Source: Octopus bimaculoides (Eukaryota). Taken from it: a DNA stretch of 52,544 nt. Positions 25,181 through 37,196 of the stretch are shown one piece after another. The stretch's first letter is position 1. The number at the start of each line of letters is the position of its first letter. The notes beneath the pieces are model-generated. The model ran no database searches. It worked only from the letters and a program-made list of their open reading frames with translations, and was not told the origin of the DNA. The stretch spans positions 34,587,611-34,640,154 of the forward strand of contig NC_068987.1 in the NCBI RefSeq assembly GCF_001194135.2, read 5' to 3'. Position numbers and translations under genes: made by a program.

Positions 25181-25710
25181 AAATATTTTTTTTAATCTCA
25201 AAAGCGTGACAATGCTAATAAGTAGCGTGATCAGGATAAATTACCCATACATTGCAAAAAAATACATTAACGAACAACCATGACATTCGAATGCACATCC
25301 GTGTAATTACGCGTTAAGTGTTTTACCATTAAGCTAAACTGCCCAATAACAAACTCTCCTGCAATTTTAGAACTTATGGATTTATCTTCATGAGACGCTA
25401 ACGTTAAATTCGACTAACGATGAAAGGAAACAAAGTTTGTTTTAGAAGCGTAGAGACGTATTGAAAGATTTAACGTATTGAATTTAACATTAGCGTCTTA
25501 TGAACCGAAATGTATAAGTTCTAAAATTGCAGAAGAATTCGATACTGGGCAGTTTAGCGTAATGGCAAAGCACTTGACACGTAATTACAGGGACGTGAGT
25601 TCGATTCTCATGGCTGGCCGGTAACGTATTTGTCTGCAATGTATGGATAATTTATCCTGGTCGCGCAATTTACTAGCATTATCACGCGCTTGAGAATTAA
25701 GAAATTATTT
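25181..25710. repeat. About 230-bp inverted repeat (25181-25411 / 25480-25710), each arm carrying a tRNA-like unit
   Basis: The arms align by eye over their whole length (e.g. GCTAAACTGCCC, CTGCAATTTTAGAACTTAT and CAGGATAAATTA-CCATACATTGCA match their reverse complements). The spacer is about 68 bp. Confidence 0.92.
25548..25619 (+). pseudogene. tRNA-like sequence (pseudo-tRNA or SINE head; CGT anticodon, Thr-like)
   Basis: GGCAGTT/GGCTGGC acceptor-like stem, box A TAGCGTAATGG, T-arm GTGAG-TTCGATT-CTCAT, loop CA-CGT-AA. The anticodon stem pairs poorly. A more decayed antisense copy lies at 25272-25343. Confidence 0.6.
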
Positions 25711-27510
25711 ATATATGTTATATATATACATTATATATATACATTCACACACACACGATATTGATAGAGCGATTGAGGGAGCAAGTGTGAGACAAACGAA
25801 TGAGTGTCAGGATCAAATCAATACAATCGTATGCAATGCTTTTTATTAAGTGACGTTGGTCCTTCAAATGCACGCGTTGGAAGAGTGACTTTTTCTCCAC
25901 TTCATTACCTTTTGAAACTTGAGCTCCAAGCACAAATAACGCGTAGTTATTAATTTCTTGTTAGAGGAGTGGTGCAGTTTGTCCTACATCAATAGTTCTT
26001 AGTGCAGAAATAGCATCTTTCACAATATTAGCATATTTCTGGTAATAATAGAATTTAATGAAGCGGAAATGGCATGGCTAAAAAAAAATCATTCGTTAGC
26101 TAACCATCAATTGCAATGCGTAACACAACTCACCAGCGAGTGCATGATCTGATTTACATGACTCGAGGAGTGAAATCAATGATCTTGTTCAGGTGATATT
26201 CTATGATTATAATGCATGACATAAGATGACGGAATAATCTTATGTGTTTGTAATATTTGTGACTCAATTCTCAAGGGAGAAGCATAGAAGGCTGCCCTGA
26301 TCTGCCGTAATATTTCGAAACCAATATAGACTTGTGTGACATAGAGTTAGGATTAAACCTGAGCGTATCTTTAAGAAACAATAATAGATACTCAGCACCT
26401 GGAATTGTGTCACATATGATCTCCGATATACAAGAAGATCAAGAGCCAGTGATAGATAAGATGGCAGTGCATTTTATTTATAATTATTTCATTCTCATTG
26501 AGTTTTTGGAACATTGCTGTGCAGTGAAAGTTTAGAGGTTCCTTGAAAACCTAAAATATCTGAAGATATCGACAAAGAATCTTAAAGCTCTCCATAGTCA
26601 CCACAATTGCGATCGTATATCATCCTTCTATAAATCAGGCCATCGGTAATTTGAGCCGTTCAGTAGTCCCCAATAATCTATAGATCTTGAATCTTGCACC
26701 ATCCAGCTGGTACTCACACCAATGGGGTATAGACTTTCTGTATAAGGATTTGTAGTGACAGATAATTTGAACGTGGCTAAGTTGGAGATAAAATAATCCA
26801 TACCTTAAATGTTTCAAACCGAATTCCGAATAAAGTTCAACAACGGCACTAATCCGTTGCTTGTGTTGGAAGCTATGGTTCGCAGCACATGTGTATCGAA
26901 AGATTCTTCCTCTAATAACATGTTCAATGTGAAGAATCATTCACGCTTTTGATCTGCTTTCCATATATCTCGCGTGCGCCGTCTGTGTACGTACATAGAC
27001 AGATATATATATAGAGAGACAAATGTGTGCGAGTGTATGTGTATCTGTGTATGCATTCGCACGAGTGCTTCTGTGCCCATGGATTGTGTATACAAGAAAC
27101 CTTAGCTCAACTTGAATGGTACATATTTTTCATGAAAGTAAGTAATAAATTAATTTCCCTCAAACCTTTCAGATTTCGTCGGGAAGAATGTAAATGAGTC
27201 CAAATTAATTGCAAGTGTAGTCCAATAGCCAGTAATGGCATAGTACAGTCTACGAGTTGTGCAGTGAAAGAAATATTTAGCGAATCACAGAAAGTGAAAT
27301 GAAAAATATCATGAATTCTGAGATAGCTTCAACCACCGACATCCACACCAGTTTCTATACAATTAAAGAAACATAAAAGAATATAATTGAGAGAATGGTA
27401 GAATATAAGGAACATATGCATGCACCTATACAGTAACAAGTGTACAGTTTTATAGAGAAACTGTGTTAAAATCATATATGATTGCGTGTGTGCGTATGTC
27501 TCTATGTGTC

Positions 27511-27515
<5 letters not shown>

Positions 27516-27585
<70 letters not shown>
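27516..27585. repeat. (TA)n microsatellite
   Basis: Directly visible. Many other (TA)n, (CA)n and (CATA)n tracts flank the N gaps. Confidence 0.95.
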
Positions 27586-27591
<6 letters not shown>

Positions 27592-27864
27592 GGGGGGGGT
27601 ATGTGTGTGTGTATACACACATAATTACATTAATACACGTAAGCACACACACATATTTAAATGTACACATTCATATGAACATGTACATATACACATACAG
27701 ACGTGAATACGAGGAAAAATGCATACAGACATGCATAAATACGAATATTTATGTCAGTTATGAATGAAAAGCACCGTTACTGTTATAAACATCGACCTCA
27801 CATAACCGATGTATGTGTGATGTGATTTTCTGTTGCTTGTTCCCCCGGTTTTTTTTTTTCGTAG

Positions 27865-27939
27865 AGTGCTCTGGGAACGACTCCCTGCACGAACAACTCC
27901 ATCTGATCAAATGTTAAAACACCTGAAATTCATAGCCAG
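27865..27939 (+). CDS. Candidate internal coding exon, unknown gene: (R)VLWERLPARTTPSDQMLKHLKFIA(R)
   Basis: Acceptor T11-CGTAG, donor CAG|GTGAGA, 75 bp (symmetric phase 2), exactly one open frame, non-repetitive sequence. No homology recognised. Confidence 0.45.
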
Positions 27940-28412
27940 GTGAGACAACTCATTTCGAATGCCATTCAGGAGTGATGAATACCAATATTTCCCTATTTGT
28001 GTGGCTTATCAACACCACGTACTTGAATCGAACCGAAAGAGAGGGAGAGACAGAAGTATAGAGGGAAAATTCGAGAGAGACAGAAGAGTGGAGAGGGAAA
28101 GAGAAATTGCTGGCACCGTCATATACTCTATGAATGCTGAGTTACGTGTGCGATCGGTACACATGACGCACATACAGACATGTGTTTTTTTTTTCTGTAT
28201 ACGTCAGTCTTAATGCTCTTGTGGTGATAATATATTCTGTACCATTTCGTAGAAAAAGTTAATATTTCTATTTACTCTTGTCAACGTCGTTGCGTCTAAT
28301 GCATTTTATTTTTGTTACGTATGGTTTTAATGAATTCCTCTAAAATAAAGTTATTTTGTTATGTATTTTTAATTAACACCAATTTTATTTTGAATATTGC
28401 ACCAGATTTCAG

Positions 28413-28485
28413 GTTTGCTGATCATGTGTGCGATTTGCTTACAGCTTTGTCATTTAATATCTCTTCTTACACAACATACATATAA
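28413..28485 (+). CDS. Candidate next/terminal exon: (R)FADHVCDLLTALSFNISSYTTYI*
   Basis: Acceptor ATTTCAG|G is phase-compatible with the 27865-27939 exon (AG+G = Arg), and the frame is open to TAA at 28483-85. Confidence 0.25.
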
Positions 28486-28587
28486 GAATAAGAAATTGAG
28501 TGAAGTTATATAATTATACGTGATTAAACTGCTCCTAACTATTACGATATGTGCAGTCGTATCTAGCAATAGTACTATACATCTATA

Positions 28588-28745
28588 AGGGGCAAGCTGG
28601 CAGAATAGTTAGCGCCTAGGACGAAATTCTTAGTGGCATTTTGTTCTGCTTTACATTCCGAGGTCGATTTGCCATCCATCATTTTGGGAGTTGATAAAAT
28701 AAATAGCAGTTGAGCAGTTGGTTCAATATAATCACTTTAGCTCCT
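28588..28745 (+). mobile_element. tRNA-derived SINE (family A), internally deleted
   Basis: Head GGGGCAAGCTGGCAGAATAGTTAGCGCCTAGGACGAAAT, followed by CCGAGGTCGATTTGCC...GATAAAATAAATAGCAGTTGAGCA. Confidence 0.7.
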
Positions 28746-30757
28746 CACTCGAAATACCTGGCCTTGCCCATTTCAATTATTTGGCAAAAACTAAGCAACA
28801 CTTCATATTTTTTTCTCTCCTTTGCACTTCTAAAAGCTTTAAAGTACTATCTCGTCTTCTAAATCATCAGATTTCTTGTTACCATTCTTACATCTTAAAG
28901 TACGCATTTACTTCTCTTCTTGCAGTCTATAATGACTTATTACGACTCTAAATATTCAGTATGAAATAAATTCATAAGCCTCATCACCACAACCGTTCCC
29001 AAGAAGGCCATTCTATACCGTGTGGAACCTTACAAACTACATTAAACCGACCACTAGACGAATGATTACTAACATCAAGTCACGGCTACACCAAAACAAT
29101 TTCTCAGGAATACATTTTTGGTTTTGGTATACTTTATATATAATTAAATTGCTTCATCCATTATCACCAGGAACCCTAAAAATTAATGAATATTTCTCTT
29201 CATGTAACAGCTCAAATTTTGTGAAATTNNNNNNNNNNNNNNNNNNNNNNNNNNNNNNNNNNNNNNNNNNNNNNNNNNNNNNNNNNNNNNNNNNNNNNNN
29301 NNNNNNNNNNNNNNNNNNNNNNNNNNNNNNNNNNNNNNNNNNNNNNNNNNNNNNNNNNNNNNNNNNNNNNNNNNNNNNNNNNNNNNNNNNNNNNNNNNNN
29401 NNNNNNNNNNNNNNNNNNNNNNNNNNNNNNNNNNNNNNNNNNNNNNNNNNNNNNNNNNNNNNNNNNNNNNNNNNNNNNNNNNNNNNNNNNNNNNNNNNNN
29501 NNNNNNNNNNNNNNNNNNNNNNNNNNNNNNNNNNNNNNNNNNNNNNNNNNNNNNNNNNNNNNNNNNNNNNNNNNNNNNNNNNNNNNNNNNNNNNNNNNNN
29601 NNNNNNNNNNNNNNNNNNNNNNNNNNNNNNNNNNNNNNNNNNNNNNNNNNNNNNNNNNNNNNNNNNNNNNNNNNNNNNNNNNNNNNNNNNNNNNNNNNNN
29701 NNNNNNNNNNNNNNNNNNNNNNNNNNNNNNNNNNNNNNNNNNNNNNNNNNNNNNNNNNNNNNNNNNNNNNNNNNNNNNNNNNNNNNNNNNNNNNNNNNNN
29801 NNNNNNNNNNNNNNNNNNNNNNNNNNNNNNNNNNNNNNNNNNNNNNNNNNNNNNNNNNNNNNNNNNNNNNNNNNNNNNNNNNNNNNNNNNNNNNNNNNNN
29901 NNNNNNNNNNNNNNNNNNNNNNNNNNNNNNNNNNNNNNNNNNNNNNNNNNNNNNNNNNNNNNNNNNNNNNNNNNNNNNNNNNNNNNNNNNNNNNNNNNNN
30001 NNNNNNNNNNNNNNNNNNNNNNNNNNNNNNNNNNNNNNNNNNNNNNNNNNNNNNNNNNNNNNNNNNNNNNNNNNNNNNNNNNNNNNNNNNNNNNNNNNNN
30101 NNNNNNNNNNNNNNNNNNNNNNNNNNNNNNNNNNNNNNNNNNNNNNNNNNNNNNNNNNNNNNNNNNNNNNNNNNNNNNNNNNNNNNNNNNNNNNNNNNNN
30201 NNNNNNNNNNNNNTATATATATATATATATATATATATTGTGTCTGATTGACATCATCAGCCTGTCATCACTTTCAATTTAGCTTTATTTTAAATTCCCT
30301 CTATATCGGCTGACTGCTATAATCTTCATAATTATGATACAAATATCGTGCAGATCTAAATGAGCTTTTCAATTAATGTATTGCTACATTCGAATAGCGA
30401 CGTTTGATCTGAATGTGGTACACACTTAAAACTAAGTGACATATGGTGAAAGCAAAAGGGCTATGCTTGTCGACCCATTACAGCGTGGTATAGAAAACCA
30501 GTGCATTATGTAAGTGAAAGTAACTATTCAAACATTCGAACGTTTAATTAATTATTTATTCATACACTTATGGATGATCAACACGTAGCTCATTCGTATA
30601 AATCATTTTCTTACTCATATAATCCTGCTTGCTTCAAAGATTTTTTTTATTAGTTTGCCTTGTTAAATATTCCTATTGTTTATTTATATAATTTTTATAT
30701 ATTTTACTAGATTTCTATCAAAACAACATAAATATAAAAATCAGTCAACTACTTTAA

Positions 30758-31181
30758 GAATTCATTAACGTACAAATAGATGAATATTGCGGAAAAGCAA
30801 CTTTTATTTTGTGTCGATGTATCGTTCGCTATGTGCTAAATGAAAATAAGAAAGGGACGCAACATCGTTATGAATGTAAAAATCATGAACAGATTTTGGT
30901 AATACAAACTTTAACTTTGAACACTGCTGTTTATAAACACTGAAAGTGTATCTAAGTTAAGCGAGAGCATTTCTATGGGCAGAAATAATGCTGCTGTCTA
31001 ATAAAGAGACCAGCATTAATTCTGCTGCTCACTACTTTGTAATCTACGTCTTGTAAGCAAAATTGCAATGAAACAATAACATGTTAAAACGTTCGCTATT
31101 TATGAGGCAATTAAGGCAAACTCATAATCTTGAAAAAGTTGCTTTTCTGCGATATTCATCTATTTGTATGTTAATGAATTC
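30758..31181. mobile_element. MITE with 48-bp TIRs flanked by TTAA (or TA)
   Basis: 30758-30805 versus the reverse complement of 31134-31181 match 45/48. TTAA at 30754-57 and 31182-85. Non-coding interior. Confidence 0.88.
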
Positions 31182-31183
31182 TT

Positions 31184-31207
31184 AACCCTCACCCTAACCC
31201 TAACCCT
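31184..31207. repeat. Short telomere-like (CCCTAA)n tract
   Basis: AACCCTCACCCTAACCCTAACCCT. Confidence 0.7.
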
Positions 31208-31499
31208 CATAAATTAAAATTCGGTTTTCAGACGTGATCTTTAACTTTTGCTAACAGAACAGGGAACAAATGCAAGTCACAGCTGAGCTACAGATAAAAT
31301 CATACTAGGGGAGGTAATTCTTATTTACCAAAGAAAAACAGGTTCTTTTTTTTTCGATCAATTTTTTTCCATACCAAGTAACCAAGACTTGATATTTACT
31401 TCAATCAGTAATATGGGTTCCGGCTAGCATGACTGATGGGTCGTCAATATTTCCCACTACAATAACTTAACAGAAACCAATGTTAACTTTATGCGTTGG

Positions 31500-32368
31500 A
31501 GAACCTGCAACTGCCACTACCGAAGAAAACCTTAATCATGCTGATGGGTGACAGGTGATTGATTATGAATCCAGTGGCCAGTGCTATAAGCATATAACGT
31601 GAGAGAGTTGAGAATATTATGCACATAAACTTGGCATGACGAAGGTTTTTCTTCGGTGGCTGCAACAACCGACACGTGATCAAAAGCACATCAGTCTGAT
31701 GATATCACGGGAAAGTTTGACGTTGTTTGCGGCAGAAGCAACCGGTCTCCTTCAACGTTTTCTAACCATTTTAAATCAGAGACAAAGAGAAAATGCATGC
31801 AGGAGAAACACAGCTCGCACATGCTCCGAAGTATTCCAAGGTTGTTTCAACTGCAGGAGAGGTGATGGTCGCAGTTTTGGGGCATGCTAAAGGTATAGTG
31901 TTCATTGACTATCTTCAGAATCGCGAGTTCTATGCCAACTTGTTAAAGCAGTGACGAAATGTTATCAAGATCAAGCCTCCAGGAAAACTGCCGACAGGGG
32001 TCTGGTTTCATCAGGACAATGCTCCGGCTCACAGATCCTAGGATTCAATGGCTGCTGAACATAAATACATAAATACTTTTTTCAACTAATTGATTACCGT
32101 CCATAATATCCATCTGACATTCCTGTTTCCCAACATGAAAAAAAAAAAAAAAAAAAAAAACACTTTGCTGGAAACCAGTATCCCAATGATGATGCTGTCA
32201 TATCAGCTGTTGATGATTATTTTGAGCAACAAGACGAAAGTTTCTTCCTCAGCAGGATTGAAGCATTGCAACACCGGCGGAAGACATATGTGGACGACAA
32301 GAAGGATTGCGTATAAACATTCCATGAGAGCATCTTGGTGATGCTATCAAGTTTTCAACTAACACTCG
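31500..32368 (+). mobile_element. Mariner transposon remnant lacking its 5' end
   Basis: PATATTEEN, LGMTKVFLRWL (cf. KVSARWVP), GIVFIDYLQ, VWFHQDNAPAHRS and FLFPNMKK. The 3' TIR (reverse complement CGAGTGTTAGTTGAAAACTT) ends at 32368 with TA at 32369-70. Confidence 0.88.
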
Positions 32369-32479
32369 TACATAATGAAGAAAAATACACTAAGTAATTG
32401 CTGAATACGTGATCATCAGGAAGAATCAATAAATTATATTGCCTCTGGCTGCCCAGTTCTAGCTAAGAAGTAATATATC

Positions 32480-33030
32480 CGCAGATATGATAGAGGTGGG
32501 AGCTATAAAGAGGGGAAGCTATGGAAGCACTATGGAATGACACCGGAAAAAAGTTGGTGTAGTCATATCCCTGAAAATGTCTGATAAAATGACAAAGAAA
32601 CCTACTTTCTTATATGTCAATACACACGAACAAAGGCAAAATGCATTCTAATCGACATATCAATCACAACAGATGATTAGTATTCTCTAAAATGAACGGA
32701 GAAACTCTCGAAATACAGAAATCTCGAATGAGAGATAACCTGGATATGGAGTCTGAAAACTGACACAATCGCTATTAAGATAGGTGCATTAGATACGATT
32801 AAAAGGTTGAGATAAATAAATGGCTAACACTTTAGAAATTATCAATGTATATGGCATACGTAAAATATCACTGTTGTGAACTGCATTATAATGTACGGAA
32901 AGCACTTTCAAAACAGTGAAAATAACAACACGAAAATATACTACAGCACACAGCAAAGGCACACACAGCAAAGGCACACACACCCGTAGTCGGTAGCTAG
33001 AAATAATAAGACTGCTAAATGATTTAATAC
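32480..33030 (+). mobile_element. R4/Dong-clade non-LTR retrotransposon 3' fragment (restriction-like endonuclease)
   Basis: ILIDISITTDD*YSLK*TEKLSKYRNLE*EITWIWSLKT (32646-32762), cf. LIDISIPxDxNxxxKExEKLSKYKDLEIE..MW, followed by KIGALDTIK and a short 3' UTR. Confidence 0.8.
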
Positions 33031-33034
33031 CGGA

Positions 33035-33485
33035 CACTGGTTTTCATGGTTTCTCATCTTAGCTGATTCGTGGTGTTATCATGTACATATTTTGGCTTGG
33101 TATAAAAGATGGCCTACAGCAAATATGTTGCTCAATGCCACAGATTTGCTTGTCTCTTGCTTCACCTTAACCATTTGGGGATGTCCGTTTGTGATTGACG
33201 ATAGTTGCATGTCTGACCATAAGCTGGAGTAGTGGAGGAGCATCATAGCCATGTAATGAGAGGAATAATTTGGGATTTGAACAATTCACCTCTGAAAACA
33301 TGGGTATTTCGTTCATCACCCTTAAACAAACCTTATTCAAGGACCTTTTGAGCGGAATTGGCTACTCGACTTGTGGAAAAACCAAGCTCTAACTGAGCCA
33401 CATCTGCAAATCATGCGTTGCTTATCTTAACATGAGATCACCATGTCGCGCACATATGTTTGTGATGCATGTGCCTGGTGTACCC
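33035..33485. mobile_element. Dispersed repeat, unclassified family, copy 2
   Basis: Homologous to 4258-4775 in the same orientation. Retains about 40 bp near its left end that is absent from copy 1. Confidence 0.8.
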
Positions 33486-33699
33486 TAATTCATTAGACTC
33501 CGGCTATACTTGAATATTGATTTGAGGGATGTTTTGTCGAATGAACCGATCCCAGCACATTTTTTAAAACATGGCTCTTATTCTATCGGCCTTTAAATAC
33601 AGCGTCACTAATTTAACGAACTAAACACATAACAATTGGTTGTCAATGTGTGGTGAGGATGAAACACAGACACAAATAGCCACACACGCACGCACACGC

Positions 33700-33856
33700 A
33701 CACACAAACATACGCGCGCACACACGCTCACACACGCATACACATATTTATAAGACGGGCCTATTTCAATATCTGTTTATCAAATCCAGGCACATGGATT
33801 TGGTCGGTCCGAGGCATGAGAGAAAGATATTTGCCTAAGGTGCCACGCAGTTGCCA
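33700..33856 (-). mobile_element. SINE fragment (family B)
   Basis: ACGGGC...TTTCA...CAAATCC...TTTGGTCGGTCCGAGGC...TTGCCTAAGGTGCCACGCAG is the reverse complement of the 46079 SINE body. Confidence 0.7.
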
Positions 33857-33869
33857 TTAAGTAAGAAAC

Positions 33870-34330
33870 AATAACACACGCTGTAAATGATGATTTGAGC
33901 CGTTATTCTGTTATGTATTCGAGTAGTAAAAATGTGCTCCAAAAGATAAACGTAGGATATTGCAAATACCCGGCAGTGTGAATTAAAATATGTTCCGCAA
34001 GACAGAAACAGCATTTTGTGTGTCACACTGGAACTTTTCCCATCGCTGAAATTCAGTTTTCTATATCAGTAAGAGTCGTTTTGTTTTTCTCCTTACTCTG
34101 CCTTTGCCAGTGGATACTTGCTACTGACAAATCCTTGTCGACAGAAATACTATTTAGCCATGGCATTGTTATCCCTGGTCGCTCTGTGTTATCTTGCGAT
34201 ATATTTCCGTGCTTTATATATATATATAATTCCAAAATGCGCTTTGCACATTAAGTTTGATGAAGAGAACTGTTGGAAGGCCTCGATTTCGCTTTAAGGA
34301 GAATCTGAAGGAATACTGCAAGCGTGTAGA
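33870..34330 (+). mobile_element. RTE-like LINE 3' fragment, decayed
   Basis: KRTVGRPRFRFKENLKEYCK (34263-34322), cf. the RTE C-terminal GRPKLRFKDxxK. Weaker upstream similarity. Confidence 0.5.
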
Positions 34331-36411
34331 TGTCCCCCTTGTTTTCTTTGAAGAGCTTGGCCAACAACTATACAAATAAAGATCAAAGATGTTTTAAAGT
34401 TGTTCAAAACTTCAAAATTCAACAATTTATTCATCTTCAGGAAAAGAAAATTGTGGTAAAATACAGGAACGTGACGGTTTTGTATCCTGTTCTCAGTGTA
34501 GACAATCTTGCAAATCTTTAGCTGCATTAAAGTCACACCAGTGACACAAACACAAGGAATAGCAATTATACAAATCCTCCAGACCTTCATATGTGGAAAT
34601 CGACGCGTGAGTCCGCAATATATATATGCGCTCGTGTGCGTGTGTACTCGCGTATCTGTCTATGTATCTATGTATACATATAATTTTTTCTTAAATTGGC
34701 TATTAAATGCTATGTTTATGCCGATTAATCTTGGCACTAAACCTTTAACAACATTTACACGTGATACATATATATTGCTCTTTCTTTAAGTGATATTGCT
34801 TTCACAAAATATATTTTAATACGCATAACAGACGATATATTACATGTATGAATTTTTGCTGTTGTTATTTTGTATCACTTTTAAATGGCGATGGTAATTC
34901 ACACACTTGTCATGTACCTAAAAGCACTTACGATAAATGTATATTCATAGAAACACTGAAATAGATATTTAAAACACTCTTTAAATTTAACGTGTGATGA
35001 ATATACACCACAAACTTAGTAGCGATTCTGATCTTACGATACATAAACATCAAATCACTGCATCAGCGTTTCAACCAACTCTTCCTGTAACTACTACGTC
35101 AAAAATTGCTGAATGATTCTAGACTAAAAAAATACGCTCATACACAACCTACCGACATCGAAATCTATTTAACTGAATCAGCCTAAACGTGTTACAAATA
35201 TACAAACTATGTGAGTGTTTTAGTATTAACTAAGAAGTAACGAACACAGAATACATGAAAAAACATAACTCGTATAGCTAATGAAACGTTGTAGTGTTTA
35301 CATATGGTTCTCAAGATACATACACTAAATCATTATTCATAAAAAAATATCATTTAGTAAATTTTGGTTGAGTCACGATTACATTGTAGAAGAGATACAA
35401 AGGGAGATAACTGGTTTCTTCCACTATCAAACATTTTATTAAATCTGAGAATCTTCAGCCGTAGATCTCCGATATGGTTATTGATACAATCTTACTATGA
35501 TTAATTTAGAGTAGTGTAATAATCACCATACAGTTGATGCTTCAGCGCAAAACTTTTTTTTTTTACAGTTCTTGCTAACAGTTACACATCTGAAATTAAG
35601 ATGCTAAAAATAGATAAAGAATTATCAATGCAGGCATGATGTTTTGCTGTGTGTATACATACGGAAAGTGTGTTACAAGCAATTCAACTTCTACTACTAA
35701 CAGAAGCAATCGAATAAATACACATTCAGGACTTCATATAATGCATACATATAGTATTTAGATAGATGTCTGACAAACATATTATCCAGGTTCTACTAAA
35801 AAGTGCGGTACATTCATTTAAGGAATATGCATCTTGCAAGTATTTGCTCTTCGCCAAAGTTCATGTGTGTTGCGCATATTTCTGCGATAATGCTTTCCCC
35901 TGAGAAAGACAACTTATAGATGTCTTCATGTTAGAGTTTACACCAATATCTGTATAAGTCTAAGGTACGTTCAAAGGTCATTATGTTCTGTTCAAAGCAA
36001 TTGACAGAAAAAAAGCAACAAAAAGAATAAAAGAATGTGTAACTTCATCCAGACATTCATATGTGTGTATGTAAGTATACGTGTGTGTGCGTGTGTGTGT
36101 GTGTGTGTCTATGTGTGTGTGTGTGGTGTCTGTATTTCCGTGCATGTGCATGTGTGTGTGAGTGCGTGTGTGTGTGTTTGTCTGTGCCTGGGTGTATGCA
36201 TGTGTGTGTGTGAATCACATGAGAATTTAATGTATACTGTTTATTCTCATCATATGCATTTGGGTATACAAACGGCATAATATCCCAAAAATACAAACAT
36301 GAATAAATAATGTAATAGATATGGATAAATATGGAAGCATATATATATATATATATAGACGGATATAGATATATATATATATATAGATAGATAGATAGAT
36401 AGATAGATAGC

Positions 36412-36442
<31 letters not shown>

Positions 36443-36476
36443 NNNNNNNNNNNNNNNNNNNNNNNNNNNNNNNNNN

Positions 36477-36535
<59 letters not shown>

Positions 36536-36714
36536 TGTATATATGGTGGGTATTGTTTTTAGCAACAATACCCACAACATGACAGATGCCCTGTAGTTAA
36601 ATCTGTGTAATAATTGTATTGCTCACCTAAATGGAGCCACTTGAAACGGTGGTACTGCATCACTTCTTGATATCCTGTTGCTTATTTTGACTATAAATAT
36701 ATATGTTTTATTCT

Positions 36715-36950
36715 CTTTCTTTTACGTGCTTCAGTCATTTAACAGTGACCATGCTGGAGAACCACCTTTTGTCGGTGAAATAGATGGTGCGAGGAAAAAG
36801 ACACACAACTAAGGAGATATACATAAACGTATATACAACGGGCTTCTTTCAGTTTATTTCTACGAAATCCACTCAGAGGTCTTTGGTTGGCCCGAGGCTA
36901 TACCAGTAAACACTTGCGCAAATTGCCACAGGGTGTGATTGAACCGGGAA
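36715..36950 (-). mobile_element. SINE (family B)
   Basis: TTCAGTCATTT...GACCATGCTGGAG tail, and ACGGGCTTCTTTCAGTTT...AAATCCACTCA...TTTGGTTGGCCCGAGGCTATA...CACTTGCGCAA...GAACCGGGAAGCATGTG body, antisense to 46079-46590. Confidence 0.8.
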
Positions 36951-37155
36951 GCATGTGATTTAGACGCAAGATTTTATGACACAGCAACACGTATAATTAA
37001 TACGTGCTAACATATATATGTGCGGGTGCATACAAGCATATATAGTGGCATGTATATGTATATATGGACATACGGACACAAATATACATGCATGAATTCA
37101 CATGCATGTATGTCGGTGTGTGTGTTTATGATTGGGTTTAAACATACGAATGTAT

Positions 37156-37196
<41 letters not shown>

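Noticed and set aside
25548-25619. Functional tRNA-Thr gene
   Set aside because: The anticodon stem is mostly unpaired, position 33 is A rather than U, and there is no T-run terminator; kept as tRNA-like only.
26332-26940. ORFs 26332-26535 (+) and 26635-26940 (-)
   Set aside because: No recognisable motif and weak acceptors; compatible with chance.
27090-27137. Candidate exon ETLAQLEWYIFFMK with a GTAAGT donor
   Set aside because: Poor acceptor, and its phase 0 end is incompatible with the 27865 exon.
31184-31207. True telomere or chromosome fusion site
   Set aside because: Only about four units, one degenerate, with no head-to-head inversion.
32138-32160. A23 run as a retroposon poly(A) tail
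   Set aside because: It lies inside the mariner frame at a Lys-Lys site with collinear transposase on both sides; slippage expansion.
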